From a virus: 64,000 nucleotides of DNA. Shown in pieces: positions 47,292 through 56,587 of the stretch. A program made the position numbers and the translations under genes. The notes under the pieces were generated by a model. That model saw only the letters and a list, made by a program, of their open reading frames with translations, had not been told where the DNA came from and made no database searches. Position 1 is the first letter of the stretch; each line of letters begins with the position of its first letter. The stretch covers positions 435-64,434 of IMG/VR virus record IMGVR_UViG_3300027895_000070, one strand, 5' to 3'.

Positions 47292-48152
47292 ATGGACAGC
47301 GAAACCCAAACCGATCAGCCTGATATCGTGCCGCGAAAAAAGCGGAAAGAAAACGATCTTCTGGCTCTATGGGCGATCCACGAACCCGCCTACTCTGGCT
47401 TGCTCACTGGCGATGGATTTCGCTGGGACCCAGATACCCAAGATTACACCAGTGACACGGGGACGCGGTTAGGCCCGAATCAAATTCGCAGCCTCGCCAT
47501 TCACTTCGCAACCGCGTGCGAGCTTGACCTTGAACAGAACGCCGCGTTGCTCGTCAACGGGGACATCGACGCGGACGAGTGGCATCGGCGAGCGCAGCAG
47601 GAAGTAGACGATGAATATTTTCTCCTCGCCGCCTTGGGGGTGGGTGGAATCGACAATCTTCAAGACGATGATTACCAAACAATTGTCGGCAAGCTCACGA
47701 CGGACACGCAAATGGGGAGCGGGATTTTGGATGCTCAGGAACGTCTGCTTAATTTTCGGGATGAATTGACCGCACCCAAGCCGGCAGACGCATCACCCGA
47801 CGCGATGGGAGAAGCGGGGAGCGCGAAGCAAGTTATTAATCGGGCTGGGATGTATGCACATGGCGGGTACAGCATGTGGGCTAGCACCCAGCAAAATAGC
47901 TATCGAAGGCTTGCCCAGCAATTGCAATTAGAAATCGAGGAGAGAAATATTTTGGATGACGGGGCGATCCATTGTCGGCCCAGACCATTCACCTTTGGGT
48001 GTCCAGAGTTGACGGCTGTCGGATGGCAGAAAATCGGATCGCTTCCTCCCCCTGGTTCAGAACGATCCTGCGGTCCGAATTGCCGGTGTCATTTCGAGTA
48101 CAGGATATCGCATCCTGACGCGCAATCCACCGACGAGAGTGCTAGCAATTAA
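47292..48152 (+). CDS. Minor head/morphogenesis protein (SPP1 gp7/Mu gpF-like)
   Basis: C-terminal HC...CP...GSLPPPG..RSCGPNCRCHFEY; located between portal and protease. Confidence 0.6.
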   Translation: MDSETQTDQPDIVPRKKRKENDLLALWAIHEPAYSGLLTGDGFRWDPDTQDYTSDTGTRLGPNQIRSLAIHFATACELDLEQNAALLVNGDIDADEWHRRAQQEVDDEYFLLAALGVGGIDNLQDDDYQTIVGKLTTDTQMGSGILDAQERLLNFRDELTAPKPADASPDAMGEAGSAKQVINRAGMYAHGGYSMWASTQQNSYRRLAQQLQLEIEERNILDDGAIHCRPRPFTFGCPELTAVGWQKIGSLPPPGSERSCGPNCRCHFEYRISHPDAQSTDESASN

Positions 48153-48161
48153 AAAGCATAA

Positions 48162-48371
48162 TTGCATATCGTGTCGCACCCAAAGAATCCGAGACTGACG
48201 AAGCCGACGAATGAGGCGGCGGCAGAGATTGTCATGGACGCTATTCGCGAGGCTGGACTAGATCCACGAAAGGTCGGCAACGACGCAGGCGTCAGGTTGG
48301 CTTATCAGAAGTGGATTGACGGGGAGATTGATCGCAGTCAATTCGTCGAATCGATCCGAAACCTAAGATAA
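48162..48371 (+). CDS. Hypothetical protein
   Basis: 69 aa. Confidence 0.45.
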   Translation: MHIVSHPKNPRLTKPTNEAAAEIVMDAIREAGLDPRKVGNDAGVRLAYQKWIDGEIDRSQFVESIRNLR

Positions 48372-48481
48372 CTCTTACGAACTAGCGCGGCGTTTCATGA
48401 GGCATCCGTGTCGCCTTGGTGAAGCAATGGCGGGCCGTGCGTTAATCGGCCCGCAAATTTTACCTTCAAACTTTTACGGAT

Positions 48482-50239
48482 ATGGCCAAGCTCACAACCG
48501 AAGCTCGAAAGAAACTCGATAGCGATGTGTTCGCATTGCCGGATCGTCGATACCCGATTCCCGACGAAGCGCATGCCCGCAATGCCCTTGCGCGGGTTTC
48601 TCAGCATGGAACCACCGACGAAATCGCCAAAGTAAAAGCGAAAGTACGCAACAAATTTCCAGGTATCGATGTGGACGGAACCCATCCATCCGACGAAACG
48701 CTTTCGCTTCCCGATCCGAGTGATAACGATAGTCAGGAAGATTTTGTCGGTCGCTTCATGGGCGACGATTACGCTCAAGACGATTTCCCCGAACAAAAAC
48801 AACGCCTTGCCGTCGCCTATCAGAAGTGGCGAGACAAGCGCGGCATCGAACCAAAAAAGATGATGATTTGCCTTGGGCTGACCGAGGGCCAAGGGTATCG
48901 CGCCGACGCTTCCGATATAGCGGGACTTCCCACTGAAATTATGGGCCAGCCCGTTGAATATTGGTGGAAGGATGTTTTGCAACCTGGCACGTATATGAAA
49001 AAGGGCTGGCCGATGGCGCTTGCCGCCACCCCGGAGCTTATCCAGCAATTGAAGGGGACGGGGGACGGGATGTTGGATGCGAACGTGCCGATTCCGATCA
49101 ACACGGATCATTCCGATGCAGCCCGCGATGCGATGGGGAACATTCTGCGGTTCAAGATGAAGGACAGCCGCCTGATGGCGCTCCACCAACTTGTGGGGAA
49201 AGATGCCGTCGCAATCGCGGCTCGGAACAAAGTTTCCCCGACGATCGATCCAGACTTTATTGACGGAAAGGGACGGCATTGGGGAGAAGCAATCGTAAGT
49301 GTATCGCTGACCCCGCGTCCCGTCGTACCAGACCAAAACGGATTTGTTAAAGCCGCAAGCCTCGCGTCCGGGGCAAGTGTGCTCATGCTCTCACTCGCGG
49401 ACGAGCCACCTATCAGGAGATCAAATATGGCAGACATGGATATGCCGTGCTCACTCGCCACGATGGGCAGATTTGAGCATCACGTTAAGGGATTGTCTCA
49501 AGTTCCCATGCCGGATAAGGCCGAACATATCGCCAAAAACTTGGACGATGTTCACGGCGGACTCAAGAAACTCAGTGGCATGGGCGACGATTACAACCAC
49601 ACCGCCGCAATGTCCCTCATCGAAGGCAAGATGAAGGGCGGCGGCATGAAGTCGCTGTCGGCGGTCGTCGCCAACAAGGCGCGAAAGCTCCTCAGTCTCG
49701 CACCGGAGACGACCGAAGAGTCGTTGCCCGAGGTCATTGCTGACCGGGCGATGTCTTTGGCTTCGGAGATTTCGACCAAGGATCAGCAGATCAGCAAGCT
49801 TGCTGAAGAGGCGAAGAAAAAGGACGAAAAGATTCTCGAAATGTCCCAAGCCATGCCGCAAGACCAGCCGCCCGCGCTCGCGGCCCAATATTGTGCGGCT
49901 TGGAAGCGTTTTTGCGATGGATACATGCGGGAAGCAAAGGTTACGCAGCCCGAAGTTGCGGCATTCGAGAGCCTCTTTGGCGTCAAAGCCAACAAGGTTC
50001 CCGGACTGGCTTTGTCTGCGGTGGAGGGCGGCGACCAGCTTATGTTCGCCGTCTTCAAGTGGGCGATGTCCCTCAGCGGCGTAGCTCCGGCGATCCAAAG
50101 AGGACTAGAGCGAGACCCAAACTATAAGCCGCTCGATGTTCAGCAGATGGCGGACAGCAAGGAATTGACCCGCGAAGAGTGGCGAAAGTGCGGCATCAAT
50201 AATCCCCCGGAACACTGGCTGAAACCGGTTGGCAAGTAA
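48482..50239 (+). CDS. Prohead protease/scaffold (Mu I-like) with N-terminal accessory domains
   Basis: VPIPINTDH, VSPTID, AIVSVSLTPRPVV (protease core); coiled-coil scaffold C-terminus. Confidence 0.7.
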   Translation: MAKLTTEARKKLDSDVFALPDRRYPIPDEAHARNALARVSQHGTTDEIAKVKAKVRNKFPGIDVDGTHPSDETLSLPDPSDNDSQEDFVGRFMGDDYAQDDFPEQKQRLAVAYQKWRDKRGIEPKKMMICLGLTEGQGYRADASDIAGLPTEIMGQPVEYWWKDVLQPGTYMKKGWPMALAATPELIQQLKGTGDGMLDANVPIPINTDHSDAARDAMGNILRFKMKDSRLMALHQLVGKDAVAIAARNKVSPTIDPDFIDGKGRHWGEAIVSVSLTPRPVVPDQNGFVKAASLASGASVLMLSLADEPPIRRSNMADMDMPCSLATMGRFEHHVKGLSQVPMPDKAEHIAKNLDDVHGGLKKLSGMGDDYNHTAAMSLIEGKMKGGGMKSLSAVVANKARKLLSLAPETTEESLPEVIADRAMSLASEISTKDQQISKLAEEAKKKDEKILEMSQAMPQDQPPALAAQYCAAWKRFCDGYMREAKVTQPEVAAFESLFGVKANKVPGLALSAVEGGDQLMFAVFKWAMSLSGVAPAIQRGLERDPNYKPLDVQQMADSKELTREEWRKCGINNPPEHWLKPVGK

Positions 50240-50270
50240 TTCAACACATCATCAACTCAGGAGATTTATC

Positions 50271-51383
50271 ATGGCAGTATTAGCTTGGCGTTCGGCTCCC
50301 GGCACAAATATTTTGCAGCCGGCGATGCCATCTGGTTTTCAGCGAATGGACCCGTGGGCGTTTGCTCCCAGCATCCAAATGAGCAGCGGTCAGGCCGTGG
50401 CCCGGCAGACGGCAAACGGACTCGGTTATCCGACGAACCGTGCGGCAACGGACGGCACACAAATCTTTGGCGGATTTCTGGCGATGAGCATCGCCACGGA
50501 TGCCAGCGGGTTCGTGTATATCGTCGCATCTGGTTCGTCCGCCGGATCGAACTATTACGTTCCGCTCGCGAGCAATGCCCCGGTCTGGACATCGGGCATC
50601 TTCGATCCCAATGATGTTTCCACGGGGTACACCACGGGAAGTCTGACGGCGGAAGTCGATACCGTTGTCATCGGCGGAACGTTGGGTGCAACCGATTCTT
50701 ACGCCATCGCCAGCAGCGTTGCGGGAGCGCAGGCGATTTATGCCGGTGGGAACACCAACACCAGCAGCGTGGCGACGGAATTGGGAGACATTTGGACTTC
50801 CAATCCGGTTCTCACCTCCGTTGCGACCGTCGCGGTGTCCAACAACACCATTACGATTACCGGAGCAAATCCAGGCTACGCTCTTGGGATTTCCGTTGGC
50901 AAGCAAAGCACTTCTGGAACCATCACGCTGGCCCAGACGACCGCCCCGGTCGCTCCCCAGACGGCGGAAGTGGATACGTGGACTCTTTCAGGAACCGCGC
51001 CCACGGCGAATACCGGAACGTTTACACTGACGATCACTTACCCTGGAAGTCCGCTTGGATACCTTGGCAATACGCTTGCCGTGACGGCGACAATGGGCGC
51101 TACCGGCACAATCGCGGCGGCGACTGCGCTTATCGCGGCGGCTTGGAATGCGAACCCACAAGCGGCGGCGTATGCCACGGCCACAAGCACCGCCACGACG
51201 GTCGTGTTGACGGCGGTGGTTTCTGGAAGCGCCATGAACGTGGCGATGACGACCAATACGTCCACCACGATCACAAAAACCGTCACAACTCCGGCGTTTG
51301 GCAGAAACATCACCGATATCCAAAACGCCGGACGGCCCGGCGCTTATGTCCTGCAATCAACCGGGTATTGGGCCATTCCCTGA
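50271..51383 (+). CDS. Head decoration-like protein with two inserted beta-rich repeats
   Basis: Position between protease and capsid; two AEVDT-starting repeats; AGGAG RBS. Confidence 0.55.
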   Translation: MAVLAWRSAPGTNILQPAMPSGFQRMDPWAFAPSIQMSSGQAVARQTANGLGYPTNRAATDGTQIFGGFLAMSIATDASGFVYIVASGSSAGSNYYVPLASNAPVWTSGIFDPNDVSTGYTTGSLTAEVDTVVIGGTLGATDSYAIASSVAGAQAIYAGGNTNTSSVATELGDIWTSNPVLTSVATVAVSNNTITITGANPGYALGISVGKQSTSGTITLAQTTAPVAPQTAEVDTWTLSGTAPTANTGTFTLTITYPGSPLGYLGNTLAVTATMGATGTIAAATALIAAAWNANPQAAAYATATSTATTVVLTAVVSGSAMNVAMTTNTSTTITKTVTTPAFGRNITDIQNAGRPGAYVLQSTGYWAIP

Positions 51384-51396
51384 TAGTCACGAAATT

Positions 51397-51451
51397 CCGG
51401 GCCGGGGTAGCTCCCCGTGTGTGCGGCTTAAGCCAGAGTCGCACCGCCCGG
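51397..51451 (+). other. Three-way-junction RNA structure upstream of the major capsid gene
   Basis: CCGGGC/GCCCGG closing stem with CGGGG/CCCCG and GTGCGGCT/AGTCGCAC hairpins. Confidence 0.5.
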
Positions 51452-51521
51452 TCAAACCTCACCATCTGGCATATCTCCGCACTGGCAGCGGGAAAACGAA
51501 AGAACATTCAGGAGATTCGTC

Positions 51522-52595
51522 ATGGCATACACCTTTGTATTTCCGTCCGCTGCCCAGATGGAAAAGATCGAAGCGGACCTTCCGGCCCGTGGAAAAGAAG
51601 GCCGTCTCGGCATTGAACTATTCCCCGTCGAAACGACCAGTACGCATAACGTGCGATGGTCGCAAGAAGACAACCCATACGGCCTCATGAAATTCCGTGG
51701 CTTGGACGGGAAGCCGTCGCGCGTGCTGATGCTCGGAGAAAACGTGTACGAATACGAGCCTGGCGTTTACGGCGAATATTCGATGATTAGCGAGACGGAA
51801 TTTACGAAGCGGTCAACATTCCAGAATCCGAGCGTGCCGATTCCCGTCGGCGATCTGGTCGAAAACCGGATGCGGCTGAACACCGAACGCATGTACAACC
51901 GCATGGAGTACAACGTTTGGGATTTGCTCATCAACGGAAGCTTGAACGTTCCGATGAACGGGCCGCAAGGCGTCACCGTCTATTCGGATGTCTACACGAT
52001 TCAGACGTTCACGGCGAATCCGACGTGGAACAACACAACCACGGCGACACCGATGGCCGATTTGCAGACCGTCCAGCAGAAGTACGTCGGGCACGGCGTG
52101 AACTTCGGCGCGGGCGCAAAGCTGTATGTGAATCAAAAGACCGCGTTCAATGTTATCACCAACACGAACGCCAATGACCTGTACGCCTTCCGCAACCAGT
52201 ATGGGGCGACGGTCATTAACGATCTGAAAGTCATCAATGATTTCTTTGCGGCACGAAATCTGCCGAGCATCGTTGTATACGATGAATTCTTCCAGACGAT
52301 CTTGCTGGCGGGTCCGAACGCCACGCCAACGACCTACAACGTCCAGAAGTACATCCCAGACCATCAGGCGATTTTGGTCGGACAGCGGAAGACGGGCGTT
52401 CCCCTCGGCAAGTGGTATCAGACCATCAATTCGGTCAATCCAGAGAAGGGCGGGGGTCCATACAGCGTCGTCAAGGACCTGTTCAATGGAATCAACGGAG
52501 CGAAGGAAATTCCCGGACGCATTGAAGTTCACAACGGCTTCAACGGCGGCTTGGGATTGCATTTTCCGTTAAGTGTGGTCTCGTTGACCGTGTAA
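51522..52595 (+). CDS. Major capsid protein (capsid E family)
   Basis: 357 aa after protease/decoration; RMEYNVWDLLINGSL, W..TTTATPMADL; strong AGGAG RBS. Confidence 0.8.
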   Translation: MAYTFVFPSAAQMEKIEADLPARGKEGRLGIELFPVETTSTHNVRWSQEDNPYGLMKFRGLDGKPSRVLMLGENVYEYEPGVYGEYSMISETEFTKRSTFQNPSVPIPVGDLVENRMRLNTERMYNRMEYNVWDLLINGSLNVPMNGPQGVTVYSDVYTIQTFTANPTWNNTTTATPMADLQTVQQKYVGHGVNFGAGAKLYVNQKTAFNVITNTNANDLYAFRNQYGATVINDLKVINDFFAARNLPSIVVYDEFFQTILLAGPNATPTTYNVQKYIPDHQAILVGQRKTGVPLGKWYQTINSVNPEKGGGPYSVVKDLFNGINGAKEIPGRIEVHNGFNGGLGLHFPLSVVSLTV

Positions 52596-52632
52596 TCACC
52601 GATAAGAAAATCCCTCACGCTCAGGAGTTTTA

Positions 52633-53130
52633 ATGATGCCAAACGCAACCCTCGAATCTTCCGCGAAGCCCTCGGCAAAGCGAAATCGCGTGTTCATCAC
52701 CAAAAAGGTTATGTCTGGATTCCCAAACGTCGGACATAAGTTTTCCGAAGAACAGTTCCGCCAGTTATTCTCGCTGAATACGACGGACGAAAATCACGCG
52801 AAGCGCATTCAAGAACAGGTTGACGCCGATTCGTACCACGATATCTGCCTGCAACGGCTTGAAGTGACGGACACCATCGAAGAAGCTCCGCCGGGGACGG
52901 AACCGGATGATATTCCGGCTTCCCCGCATAATCGGATCGGGCTTGGAAAAGGAAAAAACGCTTTTATTCAAGAAGCGATCAAGTCGATCGCGGAAGCGAA
53001 AGCCAAGCGGGCCGAGACAAGCAAGGCGGACCTCGCGGACTATATCGCGGGTCAGCAGCAAGGCGACGGAGGCCGCGCCGCGATTCCGGGAGAGGTGATT
53101 CCCGTCCGCCGCGCCGCCGGATCGAAGTAA
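52633..53130 (+). CDS. Hypothetical protein
   Basis: 165 aa, AGGAG RBS. Confidence 0.7.
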   Translation: MMPNATLESSAKPSAKRNRVFITKKVMSGFPNVGHKFSEEQFRQLFSLNTTDENHAKRIQEQVDADSYHDICLQRLEVTDTIEEAPPGTEPDDIPASPHNRIGLGKGKNAFIQEAIKSIAEAKAKRAETSKADLADYIAGQQQGDGGRAAIPGEVIPVRRAAGSK

Positions 53131-53131
53131 A

Positions 53132-53665
53132 ATGCCGCTCACGCAACCCGATCCGTTTACGCAGATACACTATGCGATCTGGAGAGTTTTGATTGCATAC
53201 CCCCCATGGGCCGAATTCGTTCCACAGGGATGTAGAATCAACTCGATTCCGTCAAATATTCCCAGCATCGGCGTAACGGGGATTAGTCATCTGCCCACCT
53301 TCGTAAAAGTCGGTGTTGATCCTGGTGACAGACCGGAAGTTCGGATATCCCAAAAGATGTATGGTAGGGATCAAAAAAATGACAACTCTATGATCCGAGC
53401 CTACAAGCAGGATTATCTTCTTCAGATGAGTACGACTGATCCAAATCTCAGTATCGTTCCGCAAAATTATCTGAAATATTTGACGGAAATCGCTCTGTTT
53501 AAGGCTAATTTTTCTCTGGGTCTTCCGGAGCTTGTCCGCAAAATGGACTACGCAGACGGCGCTGATATGCCGGTTGAAACAGAAGACGAAACGAAGTCTT
53601 GGGTTACGACTTTCGTGATCAACGTGCAATTTTACCTCAACAAGTCTTTTCTAAATTCTCTTTAA
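53132..53665 (+). CDS. Putative tail terminator / neck protein
   Basis: Position, length and DRPEVRI motif; inference from synteny. Confidence 0.45.
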   Translation: MPLTQPDPFTQIHYAIWRVLIAYPPWAEFVPQGCRINSIPSNIPSIGVTGISHLPTFVKVGVDPGDRPEVRISQKMYGRDQKNDNSMIRAYKQDYLLQMSTTDPNLSIVPQNYLKYLTEIALFKANFSLGLPELVRKMDYADGADMPVETEDETKSWVTTFVINVQFYLNKSFLNSL

Positions 53666-54189
53666 TGTCTTCCTTCCCCTCAATCTCCCTTTCTCTCTCG
53701 ATGACGCCCACAATCGATGTGAGCGCACCCATCGCCGCAATAGGCCGTCTCCTCGATTCGCTGTCGGATATGCAAGTCGGCCCGATGGCTCAATCCAATC
53801 TTGACGCGTCGGATATCTACCAGCAACAGGATGTGCGTGATCGGTTTGACGTGTACTCATTGGGAGGTGGCGATTGGGCAATCTTACGACCGAGAACGAT
53901 TCGCCAAAAACGCAACAGCTATGGAGCTAATCTAATTCTCGTTGAGAATGGGAATATGCGGAGAAGTTTGGATCGTGGCGATCCGAACCATTTCATACAG
54001 CCCACGTCCGATGGACTTCGCGAGGGAAGTATGGATGAAAAAATTGGGTATCACCAGAGCGGAACGAGCCGTATGCCGCAACGAAAAGTCTATCCCGATC
54101 CATCTCCATCCGTTGTCGATCAGATGGCCAACACTGCCGCGGTGGGATTAACGGAGGCGGCGAGAGAAGCGAGTTTTGAGGCCGCGTAA
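53665..54189 (+). CDS. Virion morphogenesis protein (Mu gpG-like)
   Basis: WAILRPRTIRQK...ILVENGNMRRSL...YHQSG.SRMPQR. Confidence 0.7.
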   Translation: MSSFPSISLSLSMTPTIDVSAPIAAIGRLLDSLSDMQVGPMAQSNLDASDIYQQQDVRDRFDVYSLGGGDWAILRPRTIRQKRNSYGANLILVENGNMRRSLDRGDPNHFIQPTSDGLREGSMDEKIGYHQSGTSRMPQRKVYPDPSPSVVDQMANTAAVGLTEAAREASFEAA

Positions 54190-54198
54190 CGGAGAATT

Positions 54199-54435
54199 AT
54201 GAAAATCACCTACAAAAACAAGCGAACGCACGATTTTAAAGACGCGACGTGGATCGACCGAAAAGGGAACGCCCTTCACATGATGAAAACAGTCGTTCAC
54301 GCGAATGGCGACCGCAAGGCAATTTGCGTCGGCGTCGTCAACTCGTCCGAAGTTGCCAACATCGAAGGCGAGACGCCCGAGACGCCCGCCGCGTCAACCC
54401 CGGAAGCACAAGTACCCGAACCAACCCTCCAATGA
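54199..54435 (+). CDS. Hypothetical protein
   Basis: 78 aa, GGAG RBS. Confidence 0.6.
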   Translation: MKITYKNKRTHDFKDATWIDRKGNALHMMKTVVHANGDRKAICVGVVNSSEVANIEGETPETPAASTPEAQVPEPTLQ

Positions 54436-54743
54436 CAAAACACACAGTTAGCGGACATTGCGACTTCCCCGAATGCGGCGAGACGTTTGAAACGGACGCC
54501 GAAGAACGGGACGTTGTAAGCGTGGAGGGTGTTGCACCGCATATCCAGAGATTCCCCGGCGCAATGCCGGATGGATGGCGGCACGTTCAGGTCCGCGAAG
54601 TCACTCGTAAGCATACCCACGGCGATTGGCTCGATTTGTGTCCTTCATGCGCGGCCAAGCTCGCGTGGATGCTTCCCAAGGAAGCGGCCCAAGATGGCCT
54701 GGAAGTGCGTCACGTCACGGGCATCGGTCCCATCGGCGAATAA
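54432..54743 (+). CDS. Hypothetical zinc-binding protein
   Basis: CDFPEC...DLCPSC. Confidence 0.6.
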   Translation: MTKHTVSGHCDFPECGETFETDAEERDVVSVEGVAPHIQRFPGAMPDGWRHVQVREVTRKHTHGDWLDLCPSCAAKLAWMLPKEAAQDGLEVRHVTGIGPIGE

Positions 54744-54764
54744 ACCAACACAGGAGTAATCCAA

Positions 54765-55277
54765 ATGGCCTACTCGAATGCAGGCTACAATATCAGCGTC
54801 AACGGATCGATTTCCCTCGTCAATGGGAACACGACCAACGTTATCACCACGAATTCCAGCCGATCCAACTCATTCACGATTGGCAGCGCGGCGGGAAATG
54901 TCGATCAGATTTACGACGCATCGGGTACGGTCGCGAGTTCCGGGAGCGCGACAACCATCGATCTGTCAACGGCCCTGAATACCGCTGGCGTTGCGCTCGG
55001 AATGCTTCACGCCGTCCTGCTTTTCTTCCAGAATCTTGACCCATCTAATACGTTGACAATCAAACCTGCCGTGAGCGATGGAGTAACCTGGCTTCCAAGT
55101 GCGGGTGTCGTTTGTCCGCCGGGTGCATTCTTTATGATTGGGGCCGACGCGATTCCCGGCGGCGCTGCGGTCGCTGGATTCGCCATTGTTGCCAGCACTT
55201 CGGATTCGATCACCATCGCAACGGGCGGCGGAACAAATGTGCCTTATAAACTAACAATCCAGGGCCGTGACGCCTAA
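54765..55277 (+). CDS. Structural protein (Ser/Thr/Gly beta-rich)
   Basis: 170 aa, AGGAG RBS, tail region. Confidence 0.65.
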   Translation: MAYSNAGYNISVNGSISLVNGNTTNVITTNSSRSNSFTIGSAAGNVDQIYDASGTVASSGSATTIDLSTALNTAGVALGMLHAVLLFFQNLDPSNTLTIKPAVSDGVTWLPSAGVVCPPGAFFMIGADAIPGGAAVAGFAIVASTSDSITIATGGGTNVPYKLTIQGRDA

Positions 55278-55305
55278 TCCAATTCCATAACTACGGAGTT
55301 CATCC

Positions 55306-55719
55306 ATGCCAGGAACATTCATCGCGGGAAATCGCGCCACTGCCGAACTAGTCGGAAACGAAATCCCCATCATTTCCGAAAACATCAAAGACAACTGCAA
55401 GCTCGTCCCGATCATCAACAGCATGACGCAGCAAAACACGCTGTACATTCCCACCTTCCGCAATGCGGATATCATGTTTGTTCTGGACGACAACACTTTC
55501 CAGCCGATCTATCTCTCGCCCTTTAGCATCCAATCCGGTTCGATCATAGCAGCGAAAATGTTTCTCGATCAGACGGGAAACGACACTCTCGATGGTCCAT
55601 ATTTCAACATCAGTTCGATGGTGGTAGCGACCGTTGAATTCAACGTCGTCATCAACGATAAGCTTGGCGTGCGGTTGACTGGCAAGGCAAGCGGAACATA
55701 CGTCTATCCGCTAACGTAA
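55306..55719 (+). CDS. Putative tail tube protein
   Basis: 137 aa just before the chaperone and tape-measure genes; inference from synteny. Confidence 0.5.
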   Translation: MPGTFIAGNRATAELVGNEIPIISENIKDNCKLVPIINSMTQQNTLYIPTFRNADIMFVLDDNTFQPIYLSPFSIQSGSIIAAKMFLDQTGNDTLDGPYFNISSMVVATVEFNVVINDKLGVRLTGKASGTYVYPLT

Positions 55720-55733
55720 TTTGAAAGGGAACC

Positions 55734-56279
55734 ATGGCAGATACGGATACGATCACCAGCGCTGGGCGAGCGGATATTATCGAAGGGAAGATGTTGCATC
55801 CCTTCTCAGCCCAAGCGTTGGGGACGGCGGCGGGATACTTCAGGCGGCAAGCGATTGAGGAGTACGCAACAATTGCGGCTGGACTTCGCGCTCAAAAGCC
55901 TCCCAAGATTTCCGAAGCGTCTATTGTGATGGAATTGATCGATAGCAAGACACGAAACGGGGATTTTAACGCGATCAGGGGCGGCTTTATTTCAGCGGCT
56001 TACGACTTTGCAAATCTTCCGTTTCTACTTTGGGTTTGCATTCAACAAAACGACAAGAAATTTACGCTGGTTGAGGCGTCGGCACTGATTGACGATGTGA
56101 CCAAATTCAAGATTCAAAACGGTATTCTTGAACTGATGCGAATACGCAAGCCAAGCGGATCGAATCCTCCTCCCGATTCAAAAAAAAACCAAAACGAATC
56201 GATCCCTTCGACCGAGACGCAATCGGCTACGACATCTCAAAACTCATCCGACTTGTCCGAACCCGTCGCGAGCGTTTGA
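55734..56279 (+). CDS. Tail assembly chaperone (G-like)
   Basis: Contains an A9 slippery run at 56180-56188; two genes before the tape measure. Confidence 0.7.
   Translation: MADTDTITSAGRADIIEGKMLHPFSAQALGTAAGYFRRQAIEEYATIAAGLRAQKPPKISEASIVMELIDSKTRNGDFNAIRGGFISAAYDFANLPFLLWVCIQQNDKKFTLVEASALIDDVTKFKIQNGILELMRIRKPSGSNPPPDSKKNQNESIPSTETQSATTSQNSSDLSEPVASV
56180..56189 (+). other. Programmed -1 ribosomal frameshift site
   Basis: TCA AAA AAA AAC; the -1 frame is open (KPKRIDPFDRDAIGYDISKLIRL...) into ORF 56276-56587. Confidence 0.75.
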
Positions 56280-56587
56280 AACTCCCAGCCTCGGACGTCG
56301 ATTCGATGAGCCTCGATCAGATGATAATCGAGCTTGGAGGGGGCGAGGAAGATCACAAAAACGAACTTATCGCCGCGAAGAAAACGAAACAGCAAGAGCA
56401 AACGGTTGCGCAAATGGAAGGCTTTTGCGATCTCTACAATCTCACCCACCTCGATCTGCTACGGATTCCTCCCGCCACACTCATCCGTCATTTTAGTAAA
56501 TACGTGAACGCACCCATCAAAAGCGGTGCGTTGCGTCCGTCTGTTGTCGCCTACCTCAAAGAACTTTACCCCGATCCAACATTATGA
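56276..56587 (+). CDS. Tail assembly chaperone, frameshift (T-like) portion
   Basis: In the -1 frame relative to the upstream ORF; weak TTG start. Confidence 0.7.
   Translation: MKLPASDVDSMSLDQMIIELGGGEEDHKNELIAAKKTKQQEQTVAQMEGFCDLYNLTHLDLLRIPPATLIRHFSKYVNAPIKSGALRPSVVAYLKELYPDPTL

Noticed and set aside
51379-51451. Hammerhead ribozyme (CTGATAG...CGAAA next to a three-way junction)
   Set aside because: Core is CUGAUAG rather than CUGAUGA, there is no stem II between the motifs, and the helices are not arranged around the core.
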